NCBI GenBank assembly: GCA_964247055.1
Contig: OZ176051.1
Span: 4,464,001-4,528,000, forward strand
DNA length: 64,000 nt
DNA from: Paragordius varius
Lineage: Eukaryota; Animalia; Nematomorpha
Direction: 5' to 3'
This document shows, piece by piece, positions 28,301 through 38,200 of the stretch. The translations under genes and the position numbers were made by a program. The notes under the pieces are model-generated. The model had not been told where the DNA came from. It worked only from the letters and a program-made list of their open reading frames with translations, and ran no database searches. The number at the start of each line of letters is the position of its first letter. Position 1 is the first letter of the stretch.

Positions 28301-30043
28301 TTAAATAAAGGTTACTTCACTATTAACTAATGTAAAGAATTTATTTCATCATAAATTTATTTTGAATGTAAGGATAGTCAATTATATAATATGTTATATT
28401 GTAATAAACATCCTCCAATAATGGACTTCAAACAAAATGAGTAGTGTGGTAAAATAATGGAAAGTGTTTTAACGGAATCTAAAAAATTTTACCAGGCTCA
28501 ATATTTAGAAACTCTATAATATTAAATAAGATACGTGCCAATAAGTTTGAAAAACTTCAATAAATGCATATTGTATTAATTGTTTATCTTTTTGTGCCTT
28601 ATTTCATAAATTTTGGCTGAAAATGATCAAAATAATTTCCGTAAAATTCGAATTGGGTGGCAAAAAAATGTTACATTCATAAGCAAAAGACTTGACTTAA
28701 GTGTTTTTTTATCACCGATCTTCAAGTGTACACTTGCTGGCTTAAGTAATGTTGCTCAACTAGCCACGCTTGGCTTACAAGTCAAGTGCGACTTTTTTAT
28801 CACCCCACCCATTAATTAATATAACTATAAAACGATTCCAATTTTACAAATAATATTAATTGCTCTTGTTTTATGTCAGAAAAACTCAAAAAATTGGTCG
28901 CAGATATCGGTTCAAAAATAAAAGCTCAATCACCTGCTGAAATGTTACCTACCCGCAAAAGAAGGGACGTTGATGGTATGAATTTTAGTTATAATTAGGT
29001 CATCTGCAACGATACATTTACTCAAATATACTAATGAATTCTAATTTCCTTTTATTTTATTTAAATATTGAATGTATCAATAAAAGACTTTATTTTAGTG
29101 CAAGCTCAACTTGAAGCCCTAAAGGTTCAATTCGCTAAAATGACTCTTGCTGAGCGGGCTAACTTACAAGCTCAAACACAAGCAATACTTGATCGATTAA
29201 AATCGATGACACCTGAACAAAAAGCCGAATTACAAAAAAAATTGATGGCATCTAACCCTGACTTTTTGAAAGCCAAAATGTTTTTGTCGAATCCCGAAAA
29301 TAAGGGTAAATATGTATAAAAATCAAATATACTTTTTCTATTGTAAAAGATCGCACAAAAATTAAAATTTATAACAAAAATATATGAATGTAAAAAAACC
29401 GTCTTATAAACTAATACACATGATATTAACAACATCTCAAGACTTTTTTAGAATTTTTTCGGGTAAAAAATATGATATTATTTTTTGATATTGCACATCA
29501 ATGGACTGCACAAAAGATCAATTTCGTTTTGTTTAAAGATGTACGAAATGGGTTAATTAGGTGTTGTTTGCACAAAAAGAGGTTAGGCTGTATAATTATT
29601 ATACAAAATTAATTAACTAAGCGAATATTTCTGTATGTTACATAGTTTATTTGTCTTATTTTCATGTTTTATAGCCAAAGTTCAAGACTTGCTTACCAAA
29701 TTAAGAAGTAGTAATCAGATCTCGCCTGTCTCAGTTAGTATTAATCCTCTAGAGGTAATTATTGTATTCTTTAAACCGTTCGTATAATATTATCCATATA
29801 TAATTACAAATATTAGTTTATTAAAAATATTTAATTTGTTAGGCAAAAGCCATACCCACAAGTTCAAGAAAACGTCGTCAAGATGTACCTAACAGCGAGT
29901 TTGTGGATAATGTTGTTAAAAAAGTTACATCCGCTGTTGCGAATCAAAAGGGTAAATAGCTTATAGGATAAATTTTTCATCTTACCCTATTATAGCTAGA
30001 AGCGACTGACACACTTACCTTAAATATATACATATTATATATG

Positions 30044-30135
<92 letters not shown>

Positions 30136-31714
30136 TCAATTAATAATACGTAGGGCAAATTTCACAAATTTGTGTTTAAACATTTTACAGTTAAATTTTT
30201 TGAAATATACACAAAATAATAATAAATTAATAGGTCCATTAACGCCCGAACAAATAGCAAGTCTTAAAGCAAAAGCGGCACCCTTTAAAACTCAATTGGC
30301 AGCTTTGACACCAGATCAAAAGGTCCAAATTAAAACACAACTCGTACAAAACCCTGATGTTAAAACATTTTTAGCAGCCCCGGAAAATAAAGGTAACAAC
30401 GTGTCTAATAAATAAATTATATTTATTTAAAATAATTTTTTAATAGCGAAGATACTATAAAATAGACATGTTTCGGAACTTAAAAGGGAATTTTGTGTCG
30501 ATAAAAAATTTCATAATATTAAATATAATATAAATAAATAAATAAATGTGCATGTCTATATTTCTTTTCTTTCAATAAATTATATAAAATAATTAATATG
30601 GCCCATTTTAATTACATCTTTACGATATTATTAGCATTGGCTCAAAAAATTCGAACGATACAACAGGGTAAAGCTGTCCCCGTGTCGTCAGGCATAAAAC
30701 CAGCTGGTGCTCCCTTCCCAGTAGTCGCAGCTACTGGTTTCATACCTTCAGGCGATGTAATCAAACCTCCTGAGCCATTCACAAGTGGGACAACACCCCC
30801 AACTCCGGCCAAAGATAAAAAAGAGGGCGAAAAGAAAGATGGCGACGACAAAAAGGAAGGCGAGAAGAAAGATGGCGGCGAAGAAAGTAAGAAGGATGGC
30901 GAGAAAAAGGAGGGCGGAGATAATAAGAAAGAAGGAGACGAAAAAAAGGAAGGCGAAAAGAAAGAGGGAGAAAAGAAGGCTGAAAAGAAAGGCAAACTCA
31001 TAGGTAATTTATTAGGCATTACATATACAATAAGTAGTGGATAGATTAAGCAAAAAAGAATAAGCCATAAAAAAATTAGTAGATTCCATGATTGATGCAA
31101 TTTTAAGTGTAACATTGACCGGCTTCACATAAACCACAGTCGACGTGTAGCTTAGAATTATTATAAATTATTATAAAACTTTTGGACAAGTATGCATGAA
31201 AAATGATAAAATAAAATTATTTTTGTATGAATTATACCTAACCAAAAAAATAAGCTTTCTAAAATTCAAGAAATAGATAGAAACCATTTTATATCTGCTA
31301 ACAAAATATATTTATATTAAAAATTAAAAGATTCCGATTGGTGTACCCTATTATCCTATATATACACTATATATTACAGGTAAGAAAATCGCAAATACCC
31401 TTAAAAATCTTGCTCTAGATGCCGTACCCCTTCCAGGAGAACTCAAGAATACCCTGAAAAAAAGTACGGATATTAAAACGAAACGATCCATAAGTGATAT
31501 ATTAAGTAGCTTGAGTGGTAAAACTACACCCAATGTATCGCCCTATGGAGGAAATACGAATTCATTTGGTTCCAATCCAAACCCACAACAAGCAGCCTTT
31601 GATTCTCAACAACAATTCGGGCAAGGTCAACAAGGACAGTTTACACCTTACCAACAACCGTTACCGGCAGAAAAGAAATCGTTATTTCAAAGAATAGGTG
31701 GTAATTTTAAATAA
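13386..31714 (+). CDS. Furin-processed repetitive polyprotein with 14 helical modules (36 exons, ~1860 codons; 1965 aa if joined to exons 9509-11781)
   Basis: In-frame GT-AG exon chain: 13386-13483, 14767-14878, 15345-15506, 15923-16117, 18004-18071, 18230-18323, 18408-18569, 19168-19365, 19611-19835, 20001-20099, 20433-20486, 20569-20793, 20870-20968, 21295-21525, 21882-21980, 22466-22519, 22589-22819, 23003-23110, 24408-24611, 24909-25007, 25130-25333, 25428-25523, 25645-25848, 26125-26223, 26341-26544, 26647-26742, 26861-27064, 27345-27443, 27562-27765, 28880-28975, 29099-29305, 29675-29754, 29843-29951, 30234-30392, 30635-31003, 31380-31714 (TAA). Every splice phase matches and there is no internal stop. 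No start codon or first exon of its own was found. Confidence 0.88.
16396..17821. mobile_element. Foldback-type non-autonomous DNA element with ~460-bp inverted arms and 22-bp subterminal tandem repeats, inside a polyprotein intron
   Basis: 16396-~16860 is the reverse complement of ~17330-17821. Termini are CCATTTCCCAG...CTGGGAAATGG, with TA on the right and GA on the left. The arms carry tandem TTTTCCCAGTCAATCGAAACG-type units. The core contains a GCGGGCCGCA/GCGGCCCGCG MITE-like piece. Confidence 0.85.
23212..24369. mobile_element. Tc1/mariner-like non-autonomous element with long TIRs (left end truncated), inside a polyprotein intron
   Basis: ~23212-23750 is the inverted repeat of ~23790-24250. 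The right end is CAGTG|TA. Same family as 52130-53266 (shared AGATGTGGACTCCGAAAGTCCC). Confidence 0.75.
24475..29172 (+). repeat. Tandem array of ~1.22-1.24 kb units (4 exons and 4 introns each), three copies, within the polyprotein gene
   Basis: Homologous exons start at 24408, 25645, 26861 and 29099; the last spacing includes a 1005-bp MITE. Introns are conserved between copies as well as exons. Confidence 0.9.
27806..28810. mobile_element. 1005-bp MITE with GGG-starting TIRs and a 3-bp ATT target-site duplication (PIF/Harbinger-like)
   Basis: Left GGGTGGGATGATAAAAAA and right TTTTTTATCACCCCACCC. ATT at 27803-27805 and 28811-28813. The paralogous introns near 25365 and 26580 lack the insert. 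Confidence 0.85.
30051..30128. repeat. (AT)39 microsatellite in a polyprotein intron
   Basis: Uninterrupted AT run read directly. Confidence 0.95.
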
Positions 31715-32221
31715 TAATAAGTTTTTAATCAAAAAACACTTTTCCATTTTGCTGTCTGTGAAATATTTTAGTTTCACTTTTTATTTATGATAAATAATAA
31801 TTTTTTTCCTAACAACAAATTGATAGTTAAAACAAACTTGGATAATAAGTAAATCGCAAGACATACAAACGTACAATTTTTGCATCATCACTCAAACTAA
31901 ACATATTAAATCGATCAATTAAACTAGATAATGCCATTGAGAAAAGACTACACGCCAATATTTGTAAATTATAGAGTTAGTGGCTTATTCCAACATAAAT
32001 CATAGCCATAAAGGCAAAATATGGATGACTTTATATCATAAGTTTAACTATTTTACCAAAAACACTTATCTTTAATTATTATACTTACGAATTTTCATTT
32101 GACCATAAACTGTATCATTATAAATTTGTATAAATGTTTATAGCACCTGCATCGATATCAGATTTTGCTGCGAAACTTAATGCCGTGATGGTATTGGCAA
32201 ATACGTTGGGATAAGGCAAAA

Positions 32222-32260
<39 letters not shown>

Positions 32261-32624
32261 TTATTTCAAATATATGTTAACCTAATTATTATATTTTACA
32301 ATATAATCAATTTTGTGTACATAGTGCTTTAAACCATCAATGTTCATTCAAATTTATATCCTATAAAGATAGTAGAATTAGTTCATTACATACTCCAAGC
32401 TTAACCACAAAAATATTTATAGCAAAACCTTTTTTTATTTAGATAAAAATAGAATAATAGATAAAAATTTTGCGTTGTTGTATATGTATCACATTTAATC
32501 ACCTTCACATAATATATATTTTATATAAATCATAACATAATTAAACATAGATATATATATATATATATATATATAATAAATGTCTCACATATGAATAAAA
32601 ATGTTTATAAAATTCATCATCCAA

Positions 32625-35217
32625 TCAATAAACTGCTGTATCATTATTATTATTATTATATCCAAAGGAGTCTGATGCATATTTATCATTTTGTTCAAAA
32701 TCTCGATCGAAATTGAAACTTTTATCCAGCACGGATGATGCGGGGTAACCTTCATTTTCCACGATTCCAGATTTGGCAAATTTCTTAGCTAAGGCTTGAG
32801 CTATAAGTCTCATAGGTGATGCCGAATCGTTTATCTCAAACTCTACATTCTCATCAACATTATTTTCCTGGAGGAAAGGAGTGTTTATTTCAAACGTTTC
32901 TTGACAATTGTTTAGGTTTTCTACATTGGTTGTGGATTTATCTGGGTGATGTATGGTTGAATCATACAGTGATTGTTCCAATGTACATTGTTTATGAAAT
33001 CCAACATTATTTCGTTTACCGGGTGAATGTGTGAATGGAGCTTCAGAGCGTCTTCGAACATTTTTACCATGCGATATAAAAGATGATTTTCTGCTTGGGG
33101 GCATTATAGAAACTCTTTTATTACATTTCCTACAGCCACAGGGTGTTGTATTAGATCCAAGCTCCAAATTATTTTTGGTACAACTAAAATTAAAAAACAA
33201 ATTTTAATTGTAAAAAACGCACACGGAACTGCCATAAAATTCACAAGAAAGTTGTCGTTTACAGTCTAGGCAGTTTACAAATATTTTTAATTGGCATAAA
33301 AATGCAAAAAATCTACACAAAAAAGTTTAATTCCAATGATGTAAAGAATGACAGTGGCTATTTCGTAAATGCTAAAAAAAGTGTAGACCTAAAAAGTTTT
33401 ATACCTATTTATTAATGTTGGTGTGTTGATGTCAAATACACCTTAAAAATAAAGATATGTATGATATTAAAAATGATTATCCGTTTTACCAATTTTAACA
33501 ATCATATTTTTTAAAAAAGTTTGATATAATTATCCTATATCTCACACAAATATAAATGTTTAAAATCGCTTTTATTATTCGAAATTATAAAATAGTGTCA
33601 GTAAGATCCTATATAAACATAAAAGATCATAAAATAATAGCATAAAATTGGCTTTGTTTTTTTATTCGTATAATGAAAATTAATATATATATACTTGGGT
33701 TGAACCGAACGCAATTTGATATTTTTAATGTCATTGTGAAAGTTTGGTAAAAGTAATGGGATTGACGATTGTTTAACTGGTTCTTTGGTAACGTTATTTA
33801 TGGTGGATGTATCGTTCTGTAGTTTATTAATGAAAAATTAACAATTTTTTAACAGATATTTAACAACAAATCCCTATTTAAAAAGGTTTAATTCAAAAAT
33901 TATACCCAAACCAACAATATTAAACATAAAGTGTTATCTTTTGAATAGCGGATTTGAAAATATTATTTGTGAAATTATTTTTTTGTGAAATATTTTTTTA
34001 AAAAAATAATCTAGACAACTGGTTCCAAAGAATATTTTTGCTTAAAGTTATCCGATTCCATTGTCTATTAATCAAACGGTTCCAATTATGCTTCTATATT
34101 AAACTTAGATATATCTTTTAATTATAGTCACAAACATAGAATTATAAACTTATAACGCCGCGTTTTTATGATTAAAATAAATACTTTTAGTCTGCTTTAA
34201 AATACAAATAAAAAAATAAAATTAGAAGAAAACAAGCTTAACTTTGTAACAATATTTAGAAAAAAATATGTTTTTTGCATGGTTAAACAACAGCTTAAAC
34301 GTTTCTCCATTTTTCATCTGATAAAAAAAGCGAATAGTTCCGGTTCCAATCCCTGTTTTCACAGTTAAATTTGAAATTATAAAAAGACGAAACATAAAAA
34401 CTAAAAGACTAATATTTTTTAAATGTTAATTTTTTTAATACAATCATTTATATTGGGTTGCAAAATAAGAAATGATGTAAATTAGAAATATAAACCATAA
34501 ATTATTTTATAATCGTAATCATTTAGATTAAAATAAAAGAGGGTTAAAAATTGTTGCTCCAGAAAATTTTTTTTATGTATTATTATTAAAAATAAAACTC
34601 TTTTTTGAAAATATCCTATTTTCTAAAAATTAAAATTTAGACAAATACAAACCTGAGGTAAAACTCCCCTAGGCGTGGTGACAACTTTCTGTTGCAAAGT
34701 TTTGGACGGTAAAGGAGGGGGAGGTGGTGGAATAATTGGATTAGAATTTATAATATCTACTGTATTTGTTTTTGTAGTATTGGTACCGTTAAAATTTGAA
34801 CTTATGATTGTTGCAATTTGTTCTTTAAGTAAGGCCAGTTCCTTTTCCAATTCAATAATTCTGTCTTCTTTGTCGCTGGAATTGGATATGCTGATATTAT
34901 CATTCATGAAAAGATAATCATCAGTTTCTGATACTACATCAATTTCATCTCTCACAGGTTCAACGGAATAATTAATGTTTATTGGAATTGCAGTTGCCAC
35001 TAATCTTAGCGGTGAATATTGCTTGAGTAACGGTTTAATTTGCGGTAGCTAATAATAAAATTTTTTAAACTTGAATCGTATAGCGATTTATATCCACATC
35101 AAAATGTATTAAAATAAATATTCGAGTCATATTTATCATTTCATCGCATATTATTTTTATGTAATCAAATAGATTACCTAAAAAATTATTTATTTATATA
35201 CCGTTGTTGGAAAACAT
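32625..35217 (-). CDS. Mitochondrial fission regulator (MTFR1/MTFR2 family)-like protein, 399 aa, 5 exons
   Basis: Exons 35217-35202, 35177-35071, 35048-34653, 33816-33695 and 33183-32625 give 1200 nt in frame. Family motifs: SPLRLVATAIP, coiled coil RIIELEKELALLKEQIATII, PPPPPPLP, PNFHNDIKNIKLRSV and PMRLIAQALAKKF. The first two introns are 24 and 22 nt. Confidence 0.8.
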
Positions 35218-35286
35218 TATTTCAAATTTCGCTTCAAAACTAGTTTTGCCTAAATTAGTTATCAGTTGTTTTAGAAACGTTAGTTG
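35218..35286. promoter_or_regulatory. 69-bp interval between divergent start codons (bidirectional promoter or overlapping 5' UTRs)
   Basis: MTFR-like ATG at 35217 (minus) and SLC35G-like ATG at 35287 (plus). Depends on both start assignments. Confidence 0.55.
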
Positions 35287-38200
35287 ATGAACTTTGCGAA
35301 TGTTTCATTTGATGGTCATAATTATGTGTCTTTGAATGGGAATAACACCAAAAATGAGTATATTCTAAATAATTTTTAGCGTAAAACTTAAAAATTTTGC
35401 AAAACGGGGCTTTCATCAAACCTGGTATGTTAGTGGAAAGGCATACAAGTGTGTAAGATATTCTCCTTTTTTAGGGATTTTTTTAGGTAGTTTATAATTA
35501 AATTTTAGGAATATGCAGTTGCTTATGCATTGCCTTTGCTTCCCTTTTTATTTCCCGGATTAAATCTATATCACCCATGCAAATCACTAATGTTAGAATG
35601 GTGATGCAATTACTCTTGAGTGTACCCTTTCTCATTTATTGTTCTAATCCATTGTTACCTCTTAAACAAAAGAAATTATTGGTTCCCCTTTACATTAGAT
35701 GCATATCTGGAACTATTGGTGTAACTTGCCTCACATTCGCTTTATCTTACGCACCGATTGGTGATAGTAGCGCCATCTCATACACCTCCCCAGTTTATGT
35801 AGCCATTTTGGCCCGAATATTTCTCAAAGAAAAAATAACTTTTTCCGATGCTGGACTGCTTGGTTTAGCCATAACTGGTGTGCTATTCGTCACTCGTCCA
35901 CCATTTATCTTTGATTACATTAGTCAAAAGTTGGAGGAATACAGTGTGGGCCACGATCCTGCTGATATACATGCAGACCAATTCTATTATAATGATGTTG
36001 AACAACATGGGCATCAATCCTTTAACAACGCGCATACTTTATCATCGAATCTAGCTTTCTTATACAATAATGATAGCCTTAGGTAATTTAAATTTGGTTA
36101 TTTCATGAATTTATTTTATTTTTTTGCGAAAATTTGATTTTTTATTCATTTTTATTTTCTACCTTATTACAAAGTATATAGAGAGAGATAGGATAATGGC
36201 CGTTGTCAAGGGATTCCTTGGCTACCCGTCGTGACGGGGTTTATGTGTTTTATCATTGCATTTAAGAATTTTTTGTTTAATATATGTTTTTAGCTTTGCT
36301 GGACCTACTCTGTTTTTTTGTTGGCTTGAATTATTATATTTTTATTCAATTATTAGTTAATCTTTTTATGTAGCCGTAGTAGCCGAGTCTACGGATCTGG
36401 ATTGATTTTGAGATTTTTAGGGCATTTTTTGTTGATCATTTTGAGAAAATGTTCTTTTAAATGTACTTATCATGTTTTGTTCCATATTGTCCAGCACCTC
36501 TTGTGTTTGTTGATTTGCCATGTCTCACAGGCATATGTTAGTGTAGACCTAACCCCAATCAGGTATATTTTGTTTTTCTAGATATGTCTTTATATTGTTT
36601 TTTTACCCAAACCAAATCTTCGATATGTTCTTTAGTGAACTTCCTTGAGCGGAAATGGTATCACCAAGGTAGGTAAACTTTTGTGCTTTTTCGATGCTAT
36701 CATATATCTTAAGGTAGGATATGGCTTTTATTGGTGGATTATATTCTTTGGATAAAGCACATGGAGGGCTTATGTAATAATTATAACATCCCTTTTAATC
36801 CTGAGGATACTTTATGTACAATATGGACATTTGGTACATTGGGTAGAGTTAAGTCGCACATTTTTTGGGTACGCGCGTTTACGATGTATATAGGAATCTT
36901 ATTTAACACATCTTCGCCGTTTGACACAACAATCTAATTTATGATCATAATAAAAATATCAAAATTAATATATCCTTAGTCAAATCAATTTATATTTGAA
37001 AGTTTTACTGCTATCTTCCCATGGTGTTGACACGATTACCTTTTAATTAACAGCCAAGGGTAGTTTTTAATGTTTTTCAAAAACATCCACTTCGCAAGGA
37101 TTTTTTAATACGTCTTGTAAAAGCCTTATAAACCATAGATTTAAAAGATCATGGTAGACTTTAATTTGGATTCAGAGCATTATACATACTGCTTTTGCTT
37201 GCGTCTGCTCTTAAAATTTCATTTTTTCTTTATATTAATTTACCCGCTTTAACATCAATAATAATAGGAGAGCTAATGGCTTTTTTATTACTTTATATAG
37301 TTATTATACATATCCGTATGATTTAGGGATGGATTCACCAATACCAAATCTATCCCCATGAAAAAGAGTAGTAATTTACTTAATTACCCCAAGAATAAGA
37401 AAAATTATGTGAATGGTGCCATCCTCCTGGCCAAAAAGCGGGAAGAACGTCAACGGGCCCGTGAAACTATTAAACTTCAATACCCTAAACGGGTTTTGGG
37501 CCTTTGTTTTGCCTTCATATCATCAATTCTTACAGCCGTTGCCATGGTAACGATTCGTAAAATCAACAAACTCCCCTTCTCAACAGTCCTTGTCAACTTT
37601 TCTGTCGTTGGGGTCTTGGGGACTAGTGTCCTATGTGCTGCTATAAATCATTACTCCTTGCCAGATTGTATGAGCTCAGAGTACATTCCGATCGCTGTTT
37701 CACACGATAATATAACGCACAAAGGTTCTATCGCTTACACCCTACCCAAACATTACAGTCAAAATTTGTTTGGGACACGGCAGAGTTTTGCTAAAACTAA
37801 TGATATAACTAATGATAAGACAAGCGCCAATAATGGCACATTACTAAATCATTTGTTATTGGCTGGGCAAGGGAACATTACAAATTTGTTGCCTCATAAT
37901 ATGACTTTCGGGGAATTTGCCAAGGATGAAACGTTAAAGAGCATTAGGCTTGAAGGTGTTTCCGGACCCTTGCATATACATTATGTTAAACGTATGAATT
38001 GGGAACGGATCCATATACTTGGTATATATTTTCGAATGTGTACATGATTTATAGCAAAGCGATCCTAGTTTTACCTAGAATTTACTGCGCTTACAAAATT
38101 TTGCATATCTATATAAACGAGGCAATTTATACAGTAAAAAATACCATATAAAGATGGGTCAAATTTTATATAGCCTAAACTAAATCATTTTAATTGTGAA

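Noticed and set aside
15345-30392. Horizontal transfer of a bacterial Spy/CpxP (LTxxQ) gene as the origin of the modules
   Set aside because: Only a five-residue helix-cap motif is shared. The gene is intron-rich with host-like composition, so there is no sequence evidence for transfer.
30642-31115. Minus-strand 157-aa ORF rich in F/S/P and the alternative-frame ORF 30785-31003
   Set aside because: Antisense and frameshifted readings of the KKEG repeat exon.
34623-34652. Possible 30-nt intron in the MTFR-like gene
   Set aside because: The sequence after this AG is intron-like and reaches a stop. The same donor joins in phase to 33816, which restores the conserved IKLRSV motif.
35451-35474. 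Possible extra 24-nt intron creating a 12-nt micro-exon in SLC35G
   Set aside because: The segment reads through without a stop as CVRYSPFLG, which fits the first TM region, so splicing is not required.
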